NCBI RefSeq assembly: GCF_006345805.1
Contig: NC_042999.1
Coordinates: 59,768,001-59,832,000, forward strand
Direction of reading: 5' to 3'
From: Octopus sinensis
Taxonomy: Eukaryota
DNA: 64,000 nucleotides
Part shown: one piece after another, positions 52,428 to 64,000 of the stretch
Numbering within the stretch: the first letter of the stretch is position 1
Layout of the letters: every line of letters starts with the position of its first letter
Made by a program: the position numbers and the translations under genes
Notes under the pieces: model-generated
The model's input: the letters and a program-made list of their open reading frames with translations, nothing else
What the model was told of the DNA's origin: nothing
The model's database searches: none

Positions 52428-55400
52428 CATCATCATCATCATCATCATCATCATTTAGCGTCCGTTTTCCATGCTAGCATGGGTTGGACGGTTCAACTGG
52501 GGTCTGGGGAGCCCGAAGGCTGCACCAGGCCAGTCAGATCTGGCAGTGTTTCTACAGCTGGATGCCCTTCCTAACGCCAACCACTCCGAGAGTGTAGTGG
52601 GTGATTTTATGTGCCACCGACACAGGTGCCAGACGAGGCTGGCGAACGGCCACGCTCGGATGGTGTTTTTATGTGCCACCGACACAGGTGCCAGACGAGG
52701 CTGGCAGACGGCCACGCTCGGATGGTGTTTTTATGTGCCACCGACACAGGTGCCAGATGAGGCTGGCGGACGGCCACGATCGGATGGTGTTTGTTACGTC
52801 CCCAAAGCACGGAGGCCAGTCTATGCGGTACTGGCTACGGCCACGTTCGGATGATTTTCTTGTGTGCCACCGGCACTGGTACCACAAAGATACAAATTCC
52901 ATTTATGTTCATCTATTTTGATTTGTTTTGATTTGATTTGATTTGATTTGATTTGATTTTCACTTGCCTCAACAGGTCTTCACAAGTGTCACAAGAAGGA
53001 AGGTATGCATAGGTGGACTGTCTACGTCGCCGGGTCTTCGGATGGTGTCTTTATGTGCCACCGACACAGGTGCCAGATGTGGCTGGCGAACGGCCACGAT
53101 CGGATGGTTTTCTTGTGTGCCACCGGTACTGGAACCACAAAGATACAAATTCCATTGATGTTCATCTATTTTGATTTGGTTTGATTTCACTTGCCTCAAC
53201 AGGTCTTCACAAGTGTCACGCGTGTCACACACTTGCCTCAACAGGTCTCCACAAGTGTCACACACTTGCCTCTGCCTCAACAGGTCTTCACAAGTGTCAC
53301 ACACTTGCCTCTGCCTCAACAGGTCTTCACAAGTGTCATAAGAGGGAAGGTAAGCACAGGTGGACTGACTACGTCGCCGGGTCTTTGGATGGTGGTGGTG
53401 TTTTTATGTGCCACCGACACAGGTGCCAGGTGAGGCTGGCGAACGGCCACGATCAGATGGTGTTTGTTGTGCCCACAGCACGGAGGCCAGTCGACGGCCA
53501 CGTTCGGATGGTTTTCTTGTGTGCCACCGGTACTGGAACCACAAAGATACAAATTCCATTGATATTCATCTATTTTGATTTGGTTTGATTTCACTTGCCT
53601 CAACAGGTCTTCACAAGGGTCACACACTTGCCTCAACAGGTCTCCACAAGTGTCACACACTTGCCTCTGCCTCAACAGGTCTTCACAAGTGTCACACACT
53701 TGCCTCAACAGGTCTTCACAAGTGTCATAAGAGGGAAGGTATGCACAGGTGGACTGACTACGTCGCCGGTCTTCGGATGGTGTCTTTATGTGCCACCGGC
53801 ACAGGTGCCAGATGAGGCTGGCGAACGGCCACGATCGGATGGTGTGTGTTGTGCCCACAGCACGGAGGCCAGTCGATGCGGTACTGGTTACGGCCACGTT
53901 TGGGTGGTTTTCTTGTGTGCCACCGGCACTGGTACCACAAAGAATACAATTCCACTGATGTTCATCTATTTTGATTTGTTTTGATTTGATTTGATTTTCA
54001 CTTGCCTCAACAGGTCTTCATAAGTGTCACAAGAAGGAAGGTATGCACAGGACTGACTACGTCCCCGGTCGGGGCCACGGGTTATGGCCTGACTAGTCTT
54101 GCCGGGTCTTCTCATGCACAGCATACTTCCATAGGTCTCGGTCTCTAGACATTTCCTTAGTGAGACCTAAAGTTCGAAGGTCGTGCTTCACCACCTCGTC
54201 CCAGGTTTTCCTGGGTCTACCTCTTCCACAGGTTCCCTCCACTGCTAGGGTGTAGCACTTTTGCACACAACTATCTTCAGCCTTTCTTGTCACATGACCA
54301 TACCAGCGCAGCCGTCTCTCTTGCACGCCACAACTGACGCTTCTTAGGTTCAACTTTTCTCTCAAGGAACTTACACTCTGACGATTATGAACACTGACAT
54401 TACACATCCATCGGAGCATACTGGCTTCATTTCTTGCGAGCTTACGCATATCCTCAGCAGTCACGGCCCATGTTTCACTACCATGTAGCATGGCTGTACG
54501 TACACATGCATCATACAGTCTGCCTTTTACTCTGAGCGAGAGGCCTTTTGTCACCAGCAGGGGTAAGAGCTCTCTAAACTTTGCCCAGGCTATTCTTACT
54601 CTAGCAGTTACACTTTCAGCACACCCACCCCCGCTACTGACTTGGTCTCCTAGGTAGCGGAAGCTATCAACTACTTCTAGTTTGTCTCCCTGGAACGTGG
54701 CAGAAGTTGGTCTCTGCATATTTCCAGTGTTTATTGCTCCTGAGCATTTGCCACAGACAAAAACTATTTTCCTAGTTAGCCTTCCTTTGACATTGCTGCA
54801 CCTCTTATGTGTCCATAGCTTACACTTGGTGCATCTTATAGAGTTTCTACCTACACCTTTTTTACAGATCGAGCAGGGCCATCTACCTGAAGGCGTTTGT
54901 GATTGATCTACCTTCCTACTTATTAGAACTTTGGTTTTGGCTAGGTTGATTCTAAGGCCCTTCGATTCTAATCCTTGTTTCCACACCTGAAACTTCTCCT
55001 CCAGTTCTGATAGTGACTCAGCAATTAGAGCAAGGTCATCAGCATAGAGGAGCTCCCAGGGGCAACCTGTCTTGAATTCCTCCGTTATTGCCTGGAGGAC
55101 TATGATAAATAGGAGGGGACTGAGGACTGAACCTTGGTGGACCCCAACCTCTACCCGGAATTCTTCACTGTACTCGTTGCCAACCCTCACCTTACTAGCA
55201 GCGTCTCTGTACATGGCTTGAACAGCTCTCACCAACCATTCTTCTATCCCTAGTTTCCTCATTGACCACCAGATAAGGGACCGGGGGACCCTGTCAAAGG
55301 CTTTCTCCAAGTCAACAAAAGCCAGGTACAAGGGCTTATCTTTGGCTAGGTATTTCTCCTGCAGCTGTCTTACCAGGAATATAGCATCAGTAGTACTTTT

Positions 55401-57013
55401 CCCTGGCACGAACCCAAACTGCATATCATCTAAGGTAACTCTCTCTCTAATTAGTTGGGCTACAACCCTCTCCGTAACCTTCATTACCTGATCCAGCAGC
55501 TTGATGCCCCTGTAGTTATTTGTCTCTAGGGCGTCGCCTTTACCTTTGTAGCAGTTGACTATTATGCTGCTACACCAGTCATTGGGTATGACCCCCTCGT
55601 GTATCACCTGGTTAACTATACGGGTGACTAAGCTATAGCCGACACCACCAGATATTTTGAGCATCTCTGCAGTAATTCCTGATGGGCCTGGGGCTTTCCC
55701 TGTTTTCATGCTTCTAATTGCCTTATCTACTAAGGAACTGTTAACTCGGATTGCTGGTCCCTCTGTTGGGTCGACATTCGGCAGACTCTCTTTATCCCAT
55801 TCATTTTCCTCATTCAGCAACCTTTCATAGTGGCGTCTCCAAGCTTCTCTCTTTGCATCCTCATTTAACGCAAGTGAACCATCCTCCATGCGAACACATT
55901 TCTCTCCTACCACGTCACGATTCTCTCTCACACACTGTCTTGCAACACGAAATACCTCAAGTCTTTCATCCTCACGACGCAGGACATTGGCAAATTTTTC
56001 CTTATCTGCCTCCCCTCTGGCTAGATAGACCTGTCTCCTGGCTTCCCTTCTGGCAGACTGATACACTTCCCTGCTACCACCGTTCTTCCAGGCCTTCCAA
56101 GCCTGTTTCTTTTGTCTAATAGCCCTGTCAACAATATTGTTCCACCACCACGTTATTTTGGGTCTTAAGGGGACTTTGCACCAGCCACAGATCTGGTCAG
56201 CGGCTTTCAGCAGGTTGTCCCTCAGAAGCGTCCAGTTGTCTTCTACCCCATGCGTAGCTATACTCCCTTCCATTTCGTCTAAGGCTTCAAATAACATATC
56301 TCTAAATCTCTGTCCATTCGCAGGGTCTTTAAGCTTCCAGACCCTTCTTCTCCATGTTGGTCGTCTTCTAGTCGCCCTCTTTGTCCTGATCCTAAAGTCA
56401 CTAACTACCAGTCTATGTTGTGGGGTGCATTCTTCACCTGGGAAGGTTTTGGCATTTATAAGCAGCCATCTTTCCCTTTTTCTGGCAAGGATGTAGTCGA
56501 TTTGGCTAGTATGCCGGCCCGATCGGTAGGTGACCAGGTGGCTTGTCGGTTTCCTGAAGTTAGTGTTGCAAATCATAAGACTATTCGCATCGCAGAACTC
56601 CAGCAGCCTGGTTCCCTCCTCGTTGCGGAACCATAACCGTAGCCTCCATGTACGCCATGGAAGCCCCCAGCACGTCGTCCAACATGCCCATTGAAGTCAC
56701 CAGCCACAAAGAGAAGGTCCCTGTCGTTCGTCAATGATGTGGTCTGCAGTAGGGTGTCATAGAAACAGTCTTTCTGTCCATCAGGTAGCCCTGGCTGAGG
56801 GGCATAGGCCGATATAATAGTTGCTAAACTATGGTGGAGCACTAATCTAATCTTAATTATTCTGTCACTTACTCTGACTACCTCGATTACCTTATCTACC
56901 CATTTTTCGGCGATAAGCATGCCCACACCCCCGACTCCGTCAGTATTCCCAGCCCAGAAAATCTTGTACCTCTGTCCTTTGCCTGTGAGGAACCTAGCAG
57001 AACCTCCTCTCCA
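52428..57013 (-). mobile_element. RTE-clade LINE, 4.6 kb, 5'-truncated within the endonuclease, (GAT)n tail
   Basis: APE-RT ORF, 1.64-kb 3' UTR and a (CAT)n tail at 52428-52454; both junctions are in (TA)n. Confidence 0.95.
54093..57013 (-). CDS. RTE ORF: AP endonuclease (partial), reverse transcriptase and PHD-type finger; one 1-nt frameshift near 56627
   Basis: AGDFNGHVG, SDF, KGKGDA..NYRGIKL, QFGF, FVDLEKAFDRV, QGSVLSPLLF, LYADD, FRYLG, GRGRPRKTW. The 827-aa ORF joins the upstream frame 56573-57013 if one C is restored. Confidence 0.93.
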
Positions 57014-57066
57014 CATATATATATATATATGTGTGTTTATATATGCATATATTTGTGCTTGTGTGA

Positions 57067-57102
<36 letters not shown>

Positions 57103-57545
57103 CGTGTGAGGTGTGTTGTCTGTGTGTGTGTGTGAGTTTGTATGTATGAAACTTACTGCTAAATAAAAAGATGTCATCTGACACTTGATACCTGATTTTT
57201 CACTTCAGTGATGGGGGGGGGGTAGTGGCACTGAAGTTGTTGTTGCTGTTGTTGTCATCGGTGGTCCTAATGGAGTTAAAGAAATATATGTACCCAGAAA
57301 GAAAAAAATGCAAAACACAGAGCCAAAGAGCAAAGCAACCTGTGAAGTCATACAAAGCGAAAATATAACTTATTTTAGGGCTTCATTATAGCTTCTTTCG
57401 CAAATGTATTAAACTGACAGTGAAGGTTTCAAGTAGGCCATCACATGCAGATGCAGAAATGATGGTGTCACTACATGCTGAGAGTATTACAGAGAGAATG
57501 GAGAACACACACACACACACATATATACGTATATATAAGTAAATA

Positions 57546-57603
<58 letters not shown>

Positions 57604-57844
57604 TAAATTAGAGACAAAACCATATATATATATAGGGTGAAAGTAAAAAGAAAAGTAAGTGAAAATGTACATTAGAAATTAAAAAAAGTAAAGGCTTTTT
57701 ATGAAAAGTAACGAAAGATATATACAATTAGATGAACTGAGGTAGGAATAAAAATAATACAAGGCATTATTGTGAATTGTGAAAGAGATTTAAAAGCATA
57801 CCGGTTTCGTAAATTTATTAAATATATATATATATATATATTTA

Positions 57845-58116
57845 CTTGCACTTGTGCCGGTGTGCTGGTGACATGTAAAAAAAAACATGATTTTTCTGTG
57901 GCCATTGCCAGTACCGCCTAACTGGCCCTCATACCGGTGGCACTTAGAAGCACCCGCTACACTCTCGGAGTGGTTGGCGTTAGGAAGGGCATCCACCTGT
58001 TGAAACTCTGCCAGATCAAGATTGGAGTCTGGTGCAGCCTTCTGGTTCGCCGGTCCTCAGTCAAATCATCCAACCTATGTTAGCATGGAAAGCGGACGTT
58101 AAAAGATGATGATGAT
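57845..58116 (+). mobile_element. RTE 3'-end copy
   Basis: Modules plus GCGGACGTTAAAAGATGATGATG, followed by (TA)n. Confidence 0.85.
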
Positions 58117-58123
58117 TATTATA

Positions 58124-58170
<47 letters not shown>

Positions 58171-58764
58171 CTATGTGTGTGCATCCATATGTATACATAT
58201 ATACGCATATATATGTACATGCACACTCACACACACACATATACACATACATATATATATATATGTATATCAGACGCTTTCTAGAAGTCAACAAGGTAAT
58301 TGATAGTAAATAAGAAAGGAATGTAAATGTCTGAATGTAGTATGTGTTTAATTGCCGAGAAGTAGCGGAGGGTGTGCGGAGGGAGGAATACATGACAAAA
58401 CTTATTGGAAATCTCAAAAAAATCTTTAAGAAACTGTTTGTTTTTTTTCTTTTTCAATGTTTAGTCAGCGAGCTATTCAGTTTGTTTATGGCTTGTGTAT
58501 CAATACAGTATTTGAATTTATATTTGGAAAAACAATCGTTCATCTTTCCAGGAAACTATAGATTGGAAATGTTTAGTAGTTTAGTAGTTTGTGTATTGTT
58601 GTTGTTGTAATTCAGTCCGTTGTTGGCTCTTGCCAAGCTGAAGTATATTCAAAGACATTCAAGCTGTGACCATTCCTTTGCTTCTGGAGACCTCTGCCAC
58701 CCGAGAAATAGTCCGCTCCGGTTAACGGATTCTATGTCTCCCTTATGCTTTTTTTAAGCATAGC

Positions 58765-58943
58765 TCTGTGGCAAGAAGCTTCTTTCGCAACCACATGGTT
58801 CCAGGTTCAGCCCCACTGTGTGGCACCTTGGACAAGTGTCTTCTATTATAGCTCTACTATAGCCTTAGGCTGACTAAAGCCTTGTGAGTGGATTTGGTAG
58901 ACGGAAACTGGAAGAAGCCCATCGTGTGTATGCGTGTGTGTGT

Positions 58944-58984
<41 letters not shown>

Positions 58985-59178
58985 CATAGGAGTGGCTGTG
59001 TGGTAAGTAGCTTGCTTACCAACCACATGGTTCCGGGTTCAGTCCCACTCCGTGGCACCTTGGACCAGTGTCTTCTACTATAGCTCTACTATAACCTTAT
59101 GCTGACTAAAGCCTTGTGAGTGGATTTGGTAGATGGAAACTAGAAGAAGCCCATTGTGTGTATGCATGTGTGTGTGTG

Positions 59179-59221
<43 letters not shown>

Positions 59222-59615
59222 GCGTAGGAGTGGCTGTGTGGTAAGTAGCTTGCTTACCAACCACATGGTTCCGGGATCAGTCCCACTCCGTGGCACCTTG
59301 GGCAAGTGTCTTCTACTATAGCCACGGGCCGACCAAAGCCTTGTGAGTGGATTTGGTTGACGGTAAACTGAAAGAAGCCCGTCGTATATATGTATGTGTG
59401 TGTATATGTTTGTGTGTCTGTCTTTGTCCCCACAACATCGCATGACCACTGATGTTTGTGTGTCCCCGTCACTTAGCTGTTCGGCAAAAGAGAACCGATA
59501 GAATAAGTACTAGGCTTACAAAGAATAAGCCCTGGGGTCGATTTGCTCGACTAAAGGCAGTGCTCCAGCATGGCCACAGTCAAATGACTGAAACAAGTAA
59601 TAGAGTAAAGAGTAA
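58765..59615 (+). mobile_element. SINE family A with three tandem heads and one tail
   Basis: Heads at about 58765-58925, 58982-59160 and 59220-59390, each followed by (TG)/(TA)n; tail at 59400-59615. Confidence 0.9.
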
Positions 59616-59744
59616 TATATATATATACACATATATATATATTGTTAATAGCAGCATGTAGTTCCAGGTGAGACAAGCATTCCATTGTAAGGGTCTCAAC
59701 GGACTCCACTTTTTTTTTCTAACTATTTGTGACAGTAGCTCTTT

Positions 59745-60150
59745 TTTTTACTTGTTTCAGTCATTTGACTGCGGCCATGCTGGAACACCGCCTTTAATCG
59801 AGCAACTCGACCCCGGGACTTATTCTTTTGTAAGCCCAGTACTTATTCTATCGGTCTCTTTTGCCGAACCGCTAAGTAACGGGGACATAAACACACCAGC
59901 ATCGGTTGTCAAGCAATGCTAGGGGGACAGACACAGACACACAAACACACACACGCATATATATATATATATATATACAAATATACGACGTGCTTCTTTC
60001 AGTTTCCGTCTACCAAATCCACTCACAAGGCTTTGGTCGGCCTGAGGCTTATAGTTGAAGACACTTGCCCAAGGTGCCACGCAGTGGGAGTGAACCCGGA
60101 ACCATGTGGTTGGTAAGCAAGCTACTTACCACACAGTCACTCCTGCGCCT
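59745..60150 (-). mobile_element. Full-length SINE family A, inverted relative to the preceding copy
   Basis: Ends CACACAGTCACTCCTGCGCC. Confidence 0.9.
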
Positions 60151-60701
60151 CCAGTAGCTGTGTATATTTTAAGGGTACCCTATTATTTGTGTGTTACACA
60201 GTGATGACAGCGTTTCACATTTGAAAATAAAAATTGACCTGGTATATATACTTGCAACATATGGAAGACATAAAGTCACACTGTATTCTTTAGAACGCGG
60301 TTGCTACAGACAATAACATAACCAAGGTACATGTACACATTGGAACATAAGCACGGCTGCCATACACACACACACACACACATATGCAAACACATGCACA
60401 TACACTCTGACTTGGCATTTCAGTTGCTTGTGTGTGTGTTTGGTGTGTATGCAAGTGTGTGTATGTGTGTGTGTGTGTGTGTACAGTGATCAACTTTGTG
60501 TGAACTGTAAATAATTTTGCTAGTGACAGCCACTGGCACCACCATCATCTACACCACCATCATCTACACCACCACCACCTTCTACTACTACTACTACTGC
60601 TGCTGCTGCTGTGACTACAACTCAAAAGAGAACTTGTTTAATGGCTATGGTTTCTATATCTTCCCTTGCAAGCTCAAGCCATACAGTGACACATGGACTG
60701 G

Positions 60702-60732
<31 letters not shown>

Positions 60733-60979
60733 TCACATGCACACACACACACATACATACATATCCATGCACACTTTTATATCCAATATGCATGCACACA
60801 CTCATACTCAGTGGTACAAAAACATATATACACACTAACATGCATAAACACACACACACACACACACTGACTGTCTGTCTTTCTCACTCACTCTCTCTCT
60901 CTGTATCTATCTATCTCTCTATCTACCTGTCTGTCTGTGTATCTATTTATCTGTTTATCTACCTTATATACCTATTTCT

Positions 60980-61205
60980 TTATTACCCACAAGGGGCTAA
61001 ACATAGAGGGGACAAACATGGACAGACATAGGTATTAAGTCGATTATATCGACCCCAGTGCTTAACTGGTACTTAATTTATCGACCCTGAAAGGATGAAA
61101 GGCAAAGTCGACCTCGGCGGAATTTGAACTCACAATGTAACGGCAGTCGAAATACCGCTAAGCATTTCGCCCGACGTGCTAACGATTCTGCTAGCTCACC
61201 GCCTT
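60980..61205 (-). mobile_element. SINE family B
   Basis: Homologous to 18936-19148, with a complete head (GCTAGCTCACCGCCTT). Confidence 0.85.
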
Positions 61206-61970
61206 AAATCTACCTTATATACTACTGGGATGGCTTCACAAGCAATGAGTGTGGGATTAGACTTCCAGTGTATATAAATAGGGGTACAACATCTCTTACT
61301 GACTAACCAACCAGCCAGCCAGCCAACCATCTCACCATCCAACTAGCCAATCTACTGAGCAATTTACACCCTCCCTGTCAACCAGTCAACCTATCAACCT
61401 AATTTGCCTACATGCTGACCAACTCACAAGCCTATCTACTAACTAAGCTCTCACTTGACCCTCCAACCTAGTGGTACCATGACTTGTATCAGCCAATTCA
61501 CATGACTCCCTCTTTACTGTCCTACCCGCTGATGAAGGAACTTCCATGTGCTCACTCAAGATGCTAGAAACACAAAGTTAAATTCCTTCAAATAGCACCA
61601 TGGGTAGGTCAGGTCACAGTTATATTGTTTTTAATGGTCATAGGTTTTGTTAATTGGGGCTGACTGACCTCAATTTAAATGTCACCAATATACCAACCAT
61701 TATCACAGAACAGACTGAAAGATTGTTGCTGTCAGTCCAGAAACAGCTGTAGTGTTCGTTTATTCTATAATTCTTTTATTTGTTTCAGTCATTCGACTGC
61801 AACCATGCTGGAGCACCACCTTAAAGGGTTTTAGTTGAAGAAATTGACCTCAGGATTTATTCTTTATAAGCCTAGTATTTACTTTATCAGTCACTTTTGC
61901 TGAATCTCTAGCTTATGGGGATGTAAACACACCAACATCGGTTATCAAGCAATGGTGGGGGGGGCGAACA

Positions 61971-61971
<1 letters not shown>

Positions 61972-62001
<30 letters not shown>

Positions 62002-62028
62002 CATACATACATACATACATACATACAT

Positions 62029-62044
<16 letters not shown>
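61972..62044. repeat. (TACA)n microsatellite
   Basis: Perfect tetranucleotide run. Confidence 0.95.
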
Positions 62045-62061
<17 letters not shown>

Positions 62062-62190
62062 TACATAGCCTGCTCACTTAGCGAGCAGGCTGGCGTCATT
62101 TGCAGGCTAAAAACAATGCGAAGCGCATTGTGACCAGCGATGTGTAGCAACATCTGATAGCCTGGTCAAAAATATATATTCATATATATA

Positions 62191-63103
62191 TCATCATCAT
62201 CATCATCGTCGTTTAACGTCCGTTCTCCATGCTAGCATGGGTTGGACGGTTCGACCGGGGTTCTGGGAAGCCAGAAGGCTGCACCAGGCTCCAGTCTAAT
62301 TTGGCAATGTTTCTACAGCTGGATGCCCTTCCTAACGCCAACCACTCCGTGAGTGTAGTGGGTGCTTTTTACGTGCCACCTGCACAGGTGCCAGGCGGGG
62401 CTGGCAACGGCCACGGTCAGATTGGTGTATTTTATGTGCCACCGGCACGGAAGCCAGTCGAGGCGGGCTGGCATCGGCCACGAGTCGGATAGTGCTTTTT
62501 AAGTACCACCAGACCAGGGATCCTGGCTGGTTCAATTCGATTTCGATTTCGCTTGCCCCAACATGTCTTCACAAGCAAAGGGGGTGGCAAGGGTGCCTGT
62601 CGTACAGTCGCATTGGAGTATTTTACGTGCCACGGCCACGAATCGGATAGTGCTTTTTACGTACCACCAGACCAGGGATCCTGGCTGGTTCAATTCGATT
62701 TCGATTTCGCTTGCCCCAACATGTCTTCACAAGCAAAGGGGGTTGGCATGGGTGCCTGTCGTACGGTCGCATTGGAGTATTTTACGTGCCACGGCCCCGA
62801 GTCGGATAGTGCTTTTTACGTACCACCAGGCCAGGGATCCTGGCTGGTTCAATTCGGTTTCGATTTCGATTTCGATTTCGCTTGCCCCAACATGTCTTCG
62901 CAAGCATGGGGGGTTGGGATGGGTGTCTGTCGTCGGATGAGGTTCTATATCGACTTCGCTTGCCTCAACCGGTCTTTGTGTCCAAGGGAGGAAAGGCATT
63001 CATAAGTGGGCTGGGCTCACTTGTCCTGCCTGGTCTTCTCACGTACAGAATATTTCCAAAGGTCTCGGTCTCTGGTCATTTCCTCAGTGAGGCCTAAAGT
63101 TCG
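62191..63103 (-). mobile_element. Second RTE subfamily copy: ORF C-terminus, duplicated 3' UTR and (GAT)n tail
   Basis: 63030-63103 matches 54105-54180 (..RTLGLTEEMTRDRDLWKY..). Confidence 0.9.
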
Positions 63104-63339
63104 ATATATATATATATATATGTGATGGGCTTCTTTCAGTTACTGTCTACCAGACCCTCTCCTCTGCTGTGAAGATGATGTTCTTGGCCACTTGCATGCT
63201 CTTTGTCTTCCTGGTGTTGATCTTGAAGCAAGCTTTCATGTTGTTAGGCTCACAAATAAAATCTTGTAGTAACATGAACTAGCAACCTCCTGAAACCCCA
63301 ATCAAGAGGAGGAATTGGGGTTGACTAGCACATATCCTA

Positions 63340-63552
63340 CAGAAACCTTTCAAACATTATGAGGCAAGCCCTTTGATGGACTCACCAGGAGAGATGCAAA
63401 CAGGGCAGACCAAAAGTAACATGAGGAAGGTCCACAGAAACTGAAGTGCTGGCAAGTGATTACACCTAGGGACAACTGAAATCCATTGCTGAAAATCAAG
63501 ACAGATGGAGATCTCTTGTTGGTGACCAATATTCCATGTGGAGCTAGAGGAT
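63340..63552 (+). pseudogene. Old RTE C-terminal remnant
   Basis: GRPKVT(*)..T(*)GQL..AENQDRWRSLV. Confidence 0.55.
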
Positions 63553-63957
63553 TAAGAAGTGGACATAGCAGTTTGGATGCTGGGCTCATGATTGTTGCAT
63601 TGCGGGTTCAGTTCTCAGAGTAGGTGACGTATTTTGTCTTTGAGTAAGGTCCTTACATTTCATATTGCTCTTGGACACACAATCGGAAATGAGTACGAGT
63701 AACATATTGAGGAATAACACCCCACAACACTTAGGTGTCTAGTTCAGGAGTAAGCCTTGGACACCCGGCTTTAAATGCCTTGAAAATTGAGATAAACTCT
63801 GGTCTCTAGCATAGAGGCTGAATTCAAAGACAAGAGAATGTATCTTTATCGCTTTCTGTGTGTGTGTGTATGAGCATGTCAATGTATATATTATATACAC
63901 ACACACATATATACACACATATATACACATATATATATACATGTGTATGTATGTAAG

Positions 63958-63989
<32 letters not shown>

Positions 63990-64000
63990 CATGTAGGTAT

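Noticed and set aside
53189-53725. CRISPR-like array of 31-37-bp hairpin repeats
   Set aside because: The repeats are contiguous with no unique spacers, there are no cas genes, and they lie inside an RTE 3' UTR in a eukaryote.
57799-57809. GAAACCGGTA (minus strand), resembling the 3' half of a PLE hammerhead
   Set aside because: The CUGANGA half is absent (replaced by TA repeats), so this is at most a remnant.
58982-59060. tRNA genes at SINE heads (also 37040-37122 and 39352-39425)
   Set aside because: A/B-box-like motifs run straight into SINE bodies and do not close a cloverleaf; these are tRNA-derived SINEs.

Overview
AT-rich, repeat-dominated eukaryotic DNA. The microsatellite load and the SINE/LINE families point to an octopod cephalopod (Octopus-like); this is an inference from repeat content. 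No host gene can be identified with confidence, and most ORFs in the supplied track are artefacts of (TA)n, (CA)n, (ATT)n and (GAT)n repeats. Supportable features are: (1) a young, 5'-truncated RTE-clade LINE (52428-57013, -) with one frameshift, a PHD-type finger and a 1.6-kb multiply duplicated 3' UTR, plus about 10 short copies of its 3' end; (2) a 5'-truncated Penelope-like element (about 26750-30355, -) with RT thumb and GIY-YIG endonuclease, flanked by identical 282-bp inverted repeats that each carry a type I hammerhead ribozyme fold; (3) CR1, mariner, Helitron, pogo-like and L1/Tx1-like remnants and several tRNA-derived SINE families; (4) an unusual number of fold-back elements. The best lead is a set of hammerhead motifs from at least three sequence families (13782, 14065, 26083, 26896/30235). 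All have a minimal self-complementary helix III, and most sit inside inverted repeats. This suggests a family of small non-autonomous, ribozyme-bearing fold-back elements mobilised by Penelope-like retroelements. All structures were folded by eye and none has been tested.
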